A program made the translations under genes and the position numbers. Shown piece by piece: positions 12,182 to 25,500 of a stretch of 64,000 nucleotides of DNA. The stretch lies in NCBI GenBank assembly GCA_009103225.1, contig RHPI01001056.1, positions 52,637 to 116,636 on the forward strand, given 5' to 3'. Under the pieces are notes generated by a model, which ran no database searches, was not told the origin of the DNA, and saw nothing but the letters and a program-made list of their open reading frames with translations. Each line of letters opens with the position of its first letter. Position 1 is the stretch's first letter. Source of the DNA: Chlorokybus atmophyticus (taxonomy: Eukaryota > Plantae > Mesostigma and Chlorokybus algae).

Positions 12182-13378
12182 CTAATACCAACAAAGCAGT
12201 GTGTATGTGTATGCGTGCATGATGAAGAGCACATGCATGCTTGCATCGCATAAAAGCACGCGCGGCTGGCTGACATTGCTTCACCTGCACAACAACACAA
12301 CACAACAATCAGACAAGACTGTTGTGCACGTGCATGTAGACAAGCAATGCTAGCTGCTTCAGGCAGAGCCACTTTGCAAGCATGCAAGTGGCAGTGACAC
12401 AGGACAAATCTCAATTAACAAGCAATAAAGACTAAGGCTTGATTGTGAACAATTCAGCTGAGCAGTGCGCTGACATTACACTGTCCAAAGGCGCGCATGT
12501 GCAGGCGTGCTTGAGTATTGACGACACGTTTGATTGCGGTGGTTGTTGCTACTACGGCCGCAGCAGCGCCTGCGGCTATAGCTGAGCAGCTGTAGCAGCT
12601 GCGGTTGCAGTTGTAGCTGCTGTAGCAACGGCTGTAACACTTGCTGCGGTTGATGCCATGACTTTTGTTGTTGATTTGCTGTTGTGAAGCTACAGCAGCA
12701 AGCACAAGTACAAACCACCACCACCACCACTATAACAACAAAATTATGAAATGCCATTGTGACACGCAGCAGCCGCTGCACAGTGGTTGAACCGTAGACG
12801 CTGCTGTACCAATGTTAACTAGAAAACTAGCTTTGTACGTCATACAGCAAGCAGCATACCATGCAGTAAAGCTTCACCACCGCAGTCCGTAGGCCCTCAG
12901 CACCGCCGTCTCCAGCTGTAGTAGCTTACCGGCGGAGTGCCGCAAGCAGTGCCTCAGTGACTAGGGTTTGAGCACAATGTAGGTGCAGTTTCGTACTTAC
13001 CGCTCTGCTGCTGTCGTGTGCATGGCGATCGCTTCGGTCATTGCGAAGCATTATGACCTAAGGGACAGAGACTGGTTCACCGACGGCTGCGTACGGATCC
13101 AACCTTCGCAGCACCTGTGCCTTTTCGTACCGGTGCTGCCTGAGCTTGCAGACCGCGGGGGACGAGACCGGCCATGGTTCTATTGATCAGGCCGTTTGCT
13201 GAACCAGTGCAGCATCGGTTTATGGGCCGCGAGGCACGCGACCGGCCCTGGTCCCATCGTTCGGACCATGCCGTCCGGCTCCGGGGCCGGACCACCAGTG
13301 GTCCGGTCACACCGGACCAGTCGCGGCACTGGTACGCTATAACGTACCAGACTGGTTCGCGCGTAAAAAGCCCTGTGA

Positions 13379-13837
13379 TCACCTCCACCACCATCCCCGC
13401 TAAGGTCACCCCCACCCCCATCCCCACCACCTCCTCCAGCAGCAAGCATATCACCTCCACCTCCTTCCCGGTCACCTCCACGACCCACCCAGCGAGGTTC
13501 ACCCGCACCCCCATCCCCAACTTTAAAGCCTCCACCTCCCTCACCTCTACCTCCCTCACCTTCGCCACCACCCCAAAGAAAGTCTCCACCTCCACGCACC
13601 CCACCACCACCTCCACCCAGAAGGTCACCTCCACCTCCACCTCCACACTTATGCAGGCCACCTCCTCCCACTCCACGCAGCCCGCCACCACCTCCGCCCA
13701 CAAGCTCACCTCCCCCTCCGAGAAGGCCACCTCCTCCTCCTCCAGGAAGAAAGGCTCCCCCTCCGCCTCCACCGCGGCGTCCCCCACCGCCACCTCTACG
13801 ACGCTGGTGGCCGTTCCCGTGGTCGTTGAATAATTGA
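13379..13837 (+). pseudogene. Orphan extensin-like Ser-Pro(3-5) tail, probably a remnant of the LamG-Pro family
   Basis: Open frame SPPPPSPLRSPPPPSPPPP...RRPPPPPLRRWWPFPWSLNN* (152 aa). It is immediately preceded by an in-frame TGA (13376-13378) supplied by the CACA terminus. Motif PTQRGSPAPP resembles PTQRSPAPP in the 50.9-51.4 kb tail. Confidence 0.65.
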
Positions 13838-15069
13838 ACATTGGTGGGAACCCATACCGACCATGCGCACAGGCCTGTGCGCATTTGCTGGTTCAGCTGC
13901 GAATAGTGCTGAATAATGCTTGATTAATAAATTGCGGGGTCATGTCCACATACTCCTGTTGCTGTCATCCAAGTAACACCCCTGCTTGCGTCTCAACCCC
14001 AATGTTAGCTCATTCATGCAAGGGTATGCGCACGCAAATCCATCGTCCTTGTCTCCCAGCAGGGCATTTTTACAACGCCACTGCTCAGTGATTCCAACTT
14101 CCAGTTGATCTGTATACATACACTTCACTATAGACACCACCTACCAATCAGCATTAGGCAAGTTGGTGTATGCCATAGGTTGTAATCATCTAGTATAATA
14201 ATAATAATAATAGCAGCTGCCTTAGATTGTGAGTAAAGAGACTGTATGACAAAGTCAAAGCAAGCAGTTGGAGGGGAAAGGTGTAACCGTTGCAAATGGG
14301 TAAAGCATAGTGCAGGTTATGCTGCCTGCCCTATGTTGAGTTGGCAATATGTCCTGCGCTGTCATTATAAGATGTTAACGGCTATGGTGATGGCTTGTAG
14401 TCGTTGTAGGTTGTTGTGAGCGGGAGATAAAGCGCGTGGGCAAAACCTTGGTAGCCGGGGGTTGGGCTAGACGTTTTTGTCGTCCTGCTTGTCATAAGCA
14501 TCGTTGGGTTTAACCTCTGCTCCTGTATGCTGCCCCTGCAGGTAGGTGGCCGGTGCTGCCTTTTTCTTGCTGCTACTGCCTACTGCCCTGCATGCACATG
14601 GGACCCAACCCCCGTAACATAGCTTGATGCAATGGCTGATCAGGTCAAGCTGTGTACATTAATTTGCAGGTTGTCTTTATGTGTTGTGCTTTTTACTGGC
14701 TTGTTGTATGGCCCCTTTGGTCTACCATATGATGTCGTTCTTAAAGATAACATATTCGTCACCAATAGTATTAAGTAAATGAGTACTTGTGGTAACATAA
14801 AACGTGTATGATACAACCTACAGCCATATGTGTTCGTGTTGGTTGGTTGCTTGCTTGCGCGCCTCTGCTATCCATTGCCTTAACCCACACATTGCACGCA
14901 CATAAGGGCACATAGCTAGCGATAGCTAAGTTGTAAAGGCAAGCATGTGTGCGTTGCAAACACCAATGTGATCTCAAGGTATAAGTTACACCTTATGCAA
15001 CGTCTTGGACGACTTTATTTATATGCAATGGTGTTAAATGAATTGTACAAATTCCAAAGATACAGCAGT

Positions 15070-15187
15070 GCACAAGCAAAGTCTTTGTGGCTTGGTTGTC
15101 ATTAATAGCATATATTGAGTAGCATTGTGCTGGGCATGCATATTAAATAGCATATTGTGTGCGTATATATATATATATATGTGTATA

Positions 15188-15233
<46 letters not shown>

Positions 15234-15450
15234 AGCATTGTATTAGACATGGCGCTGCTGCTGTCTCAAAGTGTAACCTTCAACTTATTCGCTACAGCAA
15301 GGTCGTTGTGGTTTTGTTGTCATGAATAGCATACATTGGAGCAATGTGCAAGACATGTATATTGGATAGCATATTGTATGTATATATTGGATAGCATTAT
15401 GCACGACATGGCTCTCAAGGTGTAACCTTCAACTTGTTCCCTATAAGTTT
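15070..15450. repeat. Local tandem duplication (~230 bp) containing an (AT)n microsatellite
   Basis: gcaa.gtc.ttgtgg.tt.gttgtcat.aatagcata...atatattggatagcatt...gtgtaaccttcaactt occurs twice; (AT)n at ~15165-15228. Confidence 0.6.
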
Positions 15451-18368
15451 TAAGATCAACTGCAAGTTGTAAGGTCATGAACAGTGAGAAGAGCTTGTTG
15501 TTTGCATCATTGGAGACATGCTTGCTGCAACCTCGGCAATCATAAGGACTCAACGCACACGTCTGCGTAACAAGGTACTTATCATCTTTAAAGTGTATAA
15601 TTTTCAAGTGCTACGTAGGGTAACATATAGGGGCCCGACATTAATTATTGTGTTGCACGTTGCAGTGCAACATGCAACACAACATATATGTTAGTAAGCT
15701 ATGACATAAAAAAGCACACGCAATTAGTCCAACAATCTGAGACTCATTAGGCGTGAGAGGGGGGGGGCCAGTAGCCAATAAGCCNNNNNNNNNNNNNNNN
15801 NNNNNNNNNNNNNNNNNNNNNNNNNNNNNNNNNNNNNNNNNNNNNNNNNNNNNNNNNNNNNNNNNNNNNNNNNNNNNNNNNNNNNNNNNNNNNNNNNNNN
15901 NNNNNNNNNNNNNNNNNNNNNNNNNNNNNNNGGGGGCTTAATTCTTATGTGCATGCAAGAGAAGACACCAAACAACCTAGATCCATCCAGATTAGTTGCA
16001 CTGAAGCGCCCACGTGTGCTTGGAGTATAATAGAGGAATGCGGGAGATGAGCAATGTGGGGTGGGCTGTAGCAAAAGCCAGCATGTACAACGCAGACGAT
16101 GACAACTGCGTTAGATTTTTGTGTTCTGTTAAACGTATATTGCAACTTTTATTAGTTACAATTTGTAGCTTAAGACAAAATTGTTAATAGTAATATAGGA
16201 ACAATGGCTCCGTAATTTATCACCCGACTGAATATTGTACATTGATAATCCAATATATGCTGAATACTTCAACAAGACAGCAGATGTTGTGGCCGCCTGT
16301 GTGTGTGTGTGTGTGTGTACTTTTCATCGCATGTGTATATCAAACATCATAATTCACAAGTCAATTAAAGAAATGCCACTGTATGCGTCATTACAGTTGT
16401 GGCATCTTGATTTAGCTATATAGGCAGTCCAATGGAACAGATGCAATTGAGTGCCGCACACCGAATACACAGCATAGGCCGACAGCAGCACAGCTCACAA
16501 TCAATTAAGGCCAGGGGATGCTGCTAAGCTACTTGTATGCGGCTATGTGCAGCGTGAGGCGGGTGGGCAAGGCACGGGGCAGCAAGGGAGACTACCGACC
16601 TGAGCACACATGCCGACAATCAGGCGAGTAGGAGGTAGCCAGCGGGCAAGGACAATTACCAGCACGACATCAAGCAGCAAGGCGGGGCGGGTGTGCAGTG
16701 CTGTGCAACAAGGATGCCCGCGCCGCCAGCATGCTTGTCGCTGTACAGGTCCTGCACGAGAAGTGCAAGGCCGACGCAGCGACGCTGGCAACGACGGCAG
16801 TCCATTGCCGCAACTCCCCCGCCGCAGTATCTTCATTTGGTTGAAAGATTAACTCGAAGGCCCTCGCGGTAGACTGAGTCAGCCCTGGCACCTAGCAGTT
16901 TGCTAGTAGTTAGCATGCAGCAAGTACTCAACGCCAGCACCAGCTGTCAGTAGTCAACGCCAGCGTCAGCAAGCTGACCACACTTTGAACCTGAACAGAC
17001 TCACTCACTCACTCACACTCATTAGATGTCACACTCACACGCACTCACTCACTCCATCATTGACGCACTCACGCAACACTTACATAAGCACACAGAGGCA
17101 AACACTTTGCCTCTGCGCGGAGTTGGAAAGACAACAACCTTCACACAACCGCACTACAACGCCTCACAACCACAACCACAACCACAACCACAACCACAAC
17201 CACAACCACAACTACAACAACTATCATCAGATATAGAACATGCCCCAGCTCACACATACTCCACTCGACGCATACATATGATATCAAGTTAACGGACATT
17301 ACTGGCATACTATGCGCACAATTGTAGCAGGGAGAGACCAGAGTAAGCAAAGTCAATGCCATTCGACAAGGACACAACCAATTAAAATCTTGCAGTATCC
17401 ATCGTTGTGTATTTATAACGTAATGAACATGATATCCTCGTAGTACTGAAGCTATGTTACTGCTATCTTAAGTCTAAATCTTACATGAACACATTGATCT
17501 TGATTGTTGCTGCACAATGAGCAGCGCTCACTGAGCACTGCTCACGCCCCACACATCAGCCAAAGGCTAACGACTGTTCACATCATGTGAGCAGCTGAAG
17601 ACTATGTGAGTCACACAGTCTCCAAGCTTCCGTCCTCGTGAAGGGAGTTCCCAGCCTCCAGGCCCCCAATTTGTTGCCATACGGTGAGACATACCCCGAA
17701 AGTTTCCAGAAATGCTAAGAATAGCTAATGGATTCCTGTGGATTTGAAAATCACGGATCCTCTGAATTGTTATGCTTTCGGTTTGTTTTGCAGCATCTCC
17801 AAAACATTTTAGGGTACAGGCAGCGGCGGCGACCTCCGTGGCGACGCTGCCGGTGTTGCTGGCGTCGGTGCTGTTTTACGCTGTAGCGGCGTGCCAGGGT
17901 CTTGTCAAGCATGAGTTAACGAGCGGGAGGCAACTAAATCCCAAGATGAGCTGTTTAGCCCGCGCGGCGCCTGTCACATCAAGCTGAACCGCCGGCCTTG
18001 AACAGGCGGTTGGCCATACGGCCAGTGTCTATCTGAATTACGATGTGACAGCAACACCACGCTGGCTTAAATAAGGTAGTTGCAGCTGGGACTGCTGTTG
18101 GCAACGCCAGTGTCTCAGCCAGCTGTAAGCATTGGTGGCATGCTGTAAGCCGAGAGCAAGGGCGCTTCCTCTTACATAATCAAAGTTGAACCAAGCATTG
18201 GTTTGAGGCAGTTGCTGCACAACTGACAGGTGTGAAGGCAACACAACTTTGCGAAATACACTGAAGCATATATAAGTTAGCTGTTGTATGCCAATCTCGA
18301 AGTTGGGCGCATACTCGCATACTCGCTTTGCAGCTGGTTGAGTGCATTCCCCATTGCAGACGCGAAGC

Positions 18369-20790
18369 ATGGCTGATGCTTCAGCTGTCGGCGAACAATC
18401 GCTTCCAGACCTTGATTCACTCCGCAATGGCAATGGCCACAAAAACCACTGGGGGGTGAGTTGTGTAGCTGGCGCAAGGTGTATTTGGAAAGCTCATTCC
18501 ATGCAAGCTTTACCACATGCAATCAAGCTGTGTGCTGAAGCTGCTTATGCGACGCAACAGGAGAAAGCATTGCAGGAATGCGCTTCGCTGGGACTGAAGG
18601 AGGACTCTTCTCGTGTCAGGTTTCGGAAACTGTGCTCAGCCAGCTGCATTGCCAGCTGCATTCTGTTTACCCTGCTAGAGCCACCACGCATGCATATTGG
18701 TTGTTGCAGGAAGCCCGACGACATTGACGCGCCTGTGGTGTTCTGTGGCACTGCCAACCAGCCTTTGGGCCTGGAGATTGGCAAGGCGCTCAACATTTCG
18801 CTTGGGGAGCTACTTGTAAGTTGTCATGGTCAACGCCGAAATCGCACTTGTAGGTTCTGTGTAATCGGTGTAACAACTGTCATACCATCAGGTTGTCCGC
18901 TTCGCTGATGGCGAAAAGAGCATCAAGATCAACACAAGTGTTCGCAACCGAGATGTTTTTATTGTCCAGGTAAGCAGTGCAAATCACCTCCGCCTTGCTT
19001 GTATCACGTGTGGAAGGCTGTTGTTTTGAGCCGCCACTACACTTCGATGCATGTGATTGTTCGGCCTCATCTTTGGCTGTGGTGTACTATAGCCGACAAG
19101 CCCACCTGTCAACGAAAACCTGATGGAATTGTTTCTCACAGTCAGCACTATGCGACGTGCTTCCGGTGAGTTTGCAGATTGCGCATGCATGTACAGTGCC
19201 TGTTCCACCTGCTGACAACGACTCACTGACCTGCAGCCAGGACCATCACAGCAGTCATCCCATATTATGGCTATGCCAGGCAAGATCGCAAAACACAGGT
19301 GAGAGTGAAACTGTCTGAACGCAACACAGGTTTGTGACTTATGCCATCTGTATTGTTCATGTATGCTGTAGCTTTTTATTGCTCAACAGGCGCGTGTTCC
19401 AATCTCTGCTGCGGATGTTGCCCGACTTCTGGAAGCAAGCGGAGTGGACCGCGTGATCAGCATGGACCTGCACTGCGGTCAGATCCAAGTAAGTGTACAC
19501 GGAGTCAATAATTGCCATTTGACATAGCTGGCGTTGATGGGCTTGGCGATTACAGGGCTTCTTCAGCCCGCGCACTCCCGTGGATAACTTGCCTGGAAGC
19601 CTGGTCGCATACCCGTACTTCATCAAGAAGGGTGAGACTGTATGCTTGGCTTCGTGTGCTAGCGCATTTGTGTAACAAAGTTGTGATGCTCATTGCCAGC
19701 TACGCCTGTTCAGGTTTGACAGACCCTGTCGTGGTTTCACCTGATGCCGGTGGAGTGGAGCGTGCAACGATTTTCCGCAATGGTCTCAGGTACGCATGAC
19801 AACCATCAATTGCTCATGTAGCAAGCGTCATGTATATTGGGCTGTTGACAGCATACATGTCGGCAGCAAGAGTGGTATGGAGACTGGCTTTGCCATGATT
19901 ATCAAGCAGCGTGAAGTGGCCAACCAGGTAAATTCCTTTAGCCTCACACAGAACATGACACGTACGGCAAATGTTGGGTACAGCTTTAGGAATGCTTTCA
20001 CAAACACGCCTTGATTATGATGTACTTGTGCAGGTCAAGTCAATGGATCTGGTCGGCAATGTCGAGAACAAGGACGTTATTATAGTTGACGACATGATCG
20101 ACACCGCCACAACTCTCTGCAAGGCTGCCAAGGAGTTGAAAGACGCAGGCGCACGCAGGGTACATACATTTTGTTCCAGTGTTGTGCTTCATGTTACAGC
20201 ATCCATGTTGCACAGTGGTGTAGCTAAGCAGATTGTAGGTGTTGGATGTTAGAGTGGCAATGGTTGAGTGTGTTGCAGGTGTTTGCATTTGCAACCCACC
20301 CAGTTTTCTCCAACAATGCCATGGACAAGATACAGGCATCCGTGATGGACGAAGTTGTGGTAAGCAAACCATTGCAAGTAATTACAGCTGATCCTAACTG
20401 TTGTGATGCTATTTGCTTGCATCATGTCCGTTAGTGTGTGAAAGCTGTCCAAGTTTGGACCAAGGAAGGTTGAACAACTGCTGTGTCCAGCTTACTGCAT
20501 GTGCTGTGCAGGTAATCAACACCATTTTCCTGGACCCAGTCCAACTGGAGGCGCACCCCAAGATCAAGCAGCTCAATGTGGGTCCAGTGTTGGCGGAAGC
20601 CATCAGAAGGTATGCATCGCCTAGTTTGGTTGGCAATGCATGCGCAAGCCGTGTTTCTACTCAGTATGACATCTGTGTGTTTGTTTCCATACATCTCGGT
20701 TTACTTACCTCCGTTTTCACATAACTTGTGTGCGTTTCCTTGTTGCGCAGGATTAGTACCAATGAGTCCATCTCTGCCATTTTTGGTTGA
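18369..20790 (+). CDS. PRS: Ribose-phosphate pyrophosphokinase (PRPP synthetase, class I-like); multi-exon; N-terminal extension; start codon tentative
   Basis: Exons give [89 protein letters not shown] and FATHPVFS, ending ISAIFG* (TGA 20788-20790). Confidence 0.93.
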
Positions 20791-22536
20791 CTGCAACCAG
20801 AAGGACAACACTACTAGCTATGTAACTTGTGCTATATAAGTGTGGGTGTGAGTGTTGTGTCCAGCTGCCAACCTGTGTGCAAACTTTGCTACTGTGCTAT
20901 TGGTGTACAGTGTTAATAGAGTGTTTGGGCTAATGCTTTGCACCAAAATGCGAGGTGTTCTCTATACATGCAAGATAGTGCAATGTTTGTGTGCACAGTG
21001 TGGATAGAGTGTCTGAGTAATGCTTCGTGTATCAAACTGCGAGGTGTTTTTGCACACATGCAAGATAGTGCAATGTTCGTGTGTGATTGTATGGTGGTTG
21101 TAATATATAAGTAAACCACCGAGCCTTGTTCAGTTGTACCCTGACCATCCTGACTGTACTCATATAGACATGTGGCAAAGGAAAAGATTTATCAGAAATT
21201 TGCAGCTGGATCAACATTGTCATCTTAATTGACAAAGCAACCAAAAAAGTTGTGTAACAAGTGTCACAAATGCGATTTGTCAAAATACACTGCGGAGAAG
21301 GTATGTGCATTGCATAACTGTCCATATGAGAGTGTAGAATGTTACGTTGTTATTGCTTGCAAACTCCGCATGCGCACAGCCACACAGTTGGAGCAGCTGC
21401 GGCTATGGCGGTAGAGGGTTTGGGAGTGGCGGCAGGGGGAGTTAGCTGGTCGTCTTGCTCGTTCTGGTCGATGTGAGCACTGACGCACAAGCGGACGTGT
21501 GGCAGATACTACGGCAATGCCTGCTGCTGTGGGGTTGCATGTTAGGGTAGTGAAGTTAGAAGTAGCGCATACACTGCCATGCTGCCTGTTGTGCAGGTAA
21601 TGGACAGTAACATGCATGCATGCATTTCTAACGGGAAGGTCTAGGGTAGCGTGTAGCGTGTTAGGTAGCAACAAGTAGTAGATATTAGCCCGGTGGTGGC
21701 ATATGATCAGGCTTGCATGCTGTTTGTGTGTGCGCTTATGTGCTTCTGCATAATGCATGTACAGGACTGCCTCGAGCATATCCTGTACAGTGTAGCCTGG
21801 CGGTGTTGACTGTAAGGTTGTGGTAAGTATGCATGCTGTTGGAACTGGCATGAGTGCATATGCAAGGACCGTGGTATGATGCATGTGTGCGTCATTATGA
21901 AACAGAGTGCGCAGGCCATGATATGCTAGCATGCGTAGCTGCCTACCCAGTATACACGTCTACAAGATCTACCAACACGTAACACTCTTCAGCAGTACGC
22001 TTTGGGAAACAACCTTACGCCAAATGCAATGACATCCTGCTTCACCCTTTTGCCATTGCAACCACTCTTCTTTGCCTTACAACGGATGTGCGACCGGATC
22101 TTGCCTGGCCCTTACATGCTGCTGCTTCCAGCTACAAGTGCTGCAGGCCTTTCAGCCAGCCAATCCCGGCCGCACTGCCAGCTCCCTCCTCAGGCGGCAA
22201 CAGCGGCATGTGTTGCACTACGTTTAGCTCAGTACGTTTGGTTGACTTGTTTACAAGTGTTATTTACAATGTTGGCAAAGTCAAAGGTATGCCTGTCTAT
22301 ATACTATCAGCATGTGCATTTAACTGGTAACTGGTCTTCGTTGTCAGCTGTACACTAACCGTCTAATGCTTACACTCGTGCTATCATCTCTCACTCTCTC
22401 TCACTCATTCTCGCGCTCTCACTCTGTTTCGTTCACTCTCTCACTGTCTCACTGTCGCGCTCTCGCTCTCGCACTTGATCTCAGGTATGTACACCACAAG
22501 AGGTTCCAACGGCGACATCATCATTGCACGCATTCC

Positions 22537-25500
22537 CTATGCAGCGGCCGTGTGGTCCAATGGCACCACAAGAATAGGTAGAGAGTTGATGGGCCGCGTT
22601 ATAGGAATATACGCCAATGGATTCTCTTTCTCCTGTAGACTCCAGCTGCAACACGATGGACAACGTACAGTGATACTGAAGCAAATCCTGATGGTATGTT
22701 GATGCACGTACCGATAAAGGCGCGTCAAGTGGTGAACGAACACCTTCATCTCCACCTGCACATGAACCAAATATTGGTTGGCATCAGCTTCAACATTGAC
22801 ACTTTGCTGCCAACCAAAGAGGACTGTCTGTGGCATGTCTAGGCCACAGACCCTTGCAAACTCGTATCCGGCACACATGCGCGGGCCGCCACCAAACGGC
22901 ACATACGCCCATGGCTTAATGGGATCCTATTGGGCAAGTGACAGTCAGGCACAGTGTTATTTCAACTGTTATGGAGTTCAATTGTTGGGGTAATCCGCAA
23001 GCAGGAGGTTATACGTACATCGAAATGCGCTGGATCAAAGCGAGCAGAGTCGGGAAAGGTGTCCTCCATGTTGGCTGAGTATACAATGTTGTACGCCACC
23101 TTCCAACCCTTCTTGATAGTATAGCCTAGCGTGCGACAAGGAGTTGGCACAAAGCACCTAATGCGTTGGTCATGCACTGAGATCTGCACCATACCACGAG
23201 ACAACTATGTCGTACCATTAGACATGGTAGCCTGCATTGATGCTTGAGCCCACCCAACAACCAGACGCGTGTTGTGCATGTGTACATCATGCCATATTTA
23301 CTGACGAACTTGCCTTTGTACTCAAAGTCCTTGGCAGCCTCCCGGAGCATTTGGGGTACTGGTGGCAGCAGCCGCATCACCTCGCTGATGACCTAACATG
23401 AGGTTGAGAGCATCAGATACTCTGAGACTGTGCAATTACGTAACAACAGTACAACAACAGTACACCTTATCCGTATAGGTCATGGCCTTGATGTCATCCC
23501 AAGTTAGCTGTTTGTCGCCAAGTTTGGAATCAGCAATCTTGTTGTGCTCCTCCTGGGACATGCGGACAAAGAATCGTTTGCTGTGTTCGCAACAACAACC
23601 AAGCTGTCAACAGTATGCAGTAAGTCTGTGTGCATACAAGGCTCTGACCCTTAGCTTGCTCAAGACGTCCGGATGTTCCGACACAAGCAGCACCAAGTTC
23701 GTGAGTACACTTGAAGAGGTGTCATGTCCGGCAAAGAACATTGTGAGAAGGTTGTCTAGAACAGCTTCCTCATCAAAAACTCCGCTCTCGTCAGCCTTAC
23801 TGGCCTCCAGCATGCGAGCCAGCAAATCAGCGTGCACACCGGGGTTTGCACGCCGTGCATTGACCGCTTTCTTTAGTTTTTGCAAGATCTCCTTGCGTGC
23901 CTGTGGAGCGGAGTATCAACAGTGCCCTACACACGCACGAGCGCACACACCCATCACTGCCCGCCTACTTGACATGCACACGCGCGCACCCACATGATTG
24001 CACAGGCACGCACACATGTGCACTTGCACTCGCACACTCACGTGTGCGTATTGGGTTGGGGGTTTGGGGNNNNNNNNNNNNNNNNNNNNNNNNNNNNNNN
24101 NNNNNNNNNNNNNNNNNNNNNNNNNNNNNNNNNNNNNNNNNNNNNNNNNNNNNNNNNNNNNNNNNNNNNNNNNNNNNNNNNNNNNNNNNNNNNNNNNNNN
24201 NNNNNNNNNNNNNNNNNNNNNNNNNNNNNNNNNNNNNNNNNNNNNNNNNNNNNNNNNNNNNNNNNNNNNNNNNNNNNNNNNNNNNNNNNNNNNNNNNNNN
24301 NNNNNNNNNNNNNNNNNNNNNNNNNNNNNNNNNNNNNNNNNNNNNNNNNNNNNNNNNNNNNNNNNNNNNNNNNNNNNNNNNNNNNNNNNNNNNNNNNNNN
24401 NNNNNNNNNNNNNNNNNNNNNNNNNNNNNNNNNNNNNNNNNNNNNNNNNNNNNNNNNNNNNNNNNNNNNNNGGGGGGCGCATGCACACTCGCATACTTGC
24501 ACGCACACATGCTCCGGCAGTTGGTCACAACAAAGACACCTTCACCTTCATGGCTTTGCCAAAAGTTGTGAAAGGCAGGTTGAGCGGCAACGTGAGTATC
24601 AGTCCGCGCATCCATGTGTCCAAGTGGCTCCTGAGGGACTCCATTTCCGGGCCTGGCGGAAGCCCCGCCAACACCTCGCCTATGATATGGAATGTATACT
24701 GCCACACATGCAAGTGAGTTCGCAATGCAACATGCATCGAAATCAAGCACATGCGCTGTTGAATGCATAATGCATAATCAATCCAACAGTCACACCATGC
24801 TACAGCAAGTACCTGTTTCATCTCCGGGTAAACTTCAACATGGCCCTTCTCTCCCCACCCATTGAGAGTTTGCAAGGCACACTGCTCCATCAGCGGGACG
24901 CAACTTTTCAGTGCGTCCGCATTGAAGGAAGCCATGAGCAGCTTTTTCATCTTGCGATGAGCCTCTCCCTCTGACGTGGGAAGTGCTTTCCTACCCAGCA
25001 GCGTTTGGATTGTGTACTGCAGTGACTGCTTCAAGACCTAATGACGTGTGATGGTACTATCAGCACCATCTGGCACATGCAGCCGCAGTTATGACACATT
25101 ATCAACTGAAGCCATGAAGCTACAAGGAAGTGCGCACCGGTGGTTGGGACAGCACAAACTTGTTGCCTTCAGGGCCAAGCAGCACAACGATCTTCTCTCC
25201 CATAATGTGCGTTCTGTACACTTCACCATGCTTGCGAGCGCGTTCTTTTGCAAACGGCAAAGGCCCAGCGTCTGCTCATGCTTGCCTTTCAACATACGAG
25301 CTGTTGACATAACAGACAAGCACACACGCATATCTGTCACGTTCCAGCGCGCGCAGGTCACAGCCATTATGGCTCTAGCTGCAGCTGCCGTGCACGCAGC
25401 CCCCTCCTTGCGTGTGCACGATAGACAGCATGTAGCGCTTGAGGACATTGCTCGTGTACAGCCCATTGTATGATTGTTTGAGTAGGGTAGCGTTGGACAC

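Larger units (their letters stand above)
7735..13377. mobile_element. Putative non-autonomous CACTA/Mirage/Chapaev-like segment with imperfect CACA termini and GGACC-rich subterminal repeats; no transposase seen
   Basis: Left end CACACGGAATTTTTTCCACGGACCAG (7735). Right end reverse complement CACAGGGCTTTTTACGCGCGAACCAG (13377). Both subterminal regions (7735-~8400, ~13170-13377) are dense in GGACC/GGTCC/ACCAG motifs and hairpins. No matching TSD. Confidence 0.45.

Noticed and set aside
13077-13884. Gly-rich, Val/Glu-rich and Thr/Ser-rich ORFs here (and 627-1007)
   Set aside because: They are antisense or alternative-frame shadows of the Pro-rich coding frames.
15320-21414. Cys-rich short ORFs at 15320-15607 (minus) and 21229-21414 (plus)
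   Set aside because: No recognisable family, start context or splice support.
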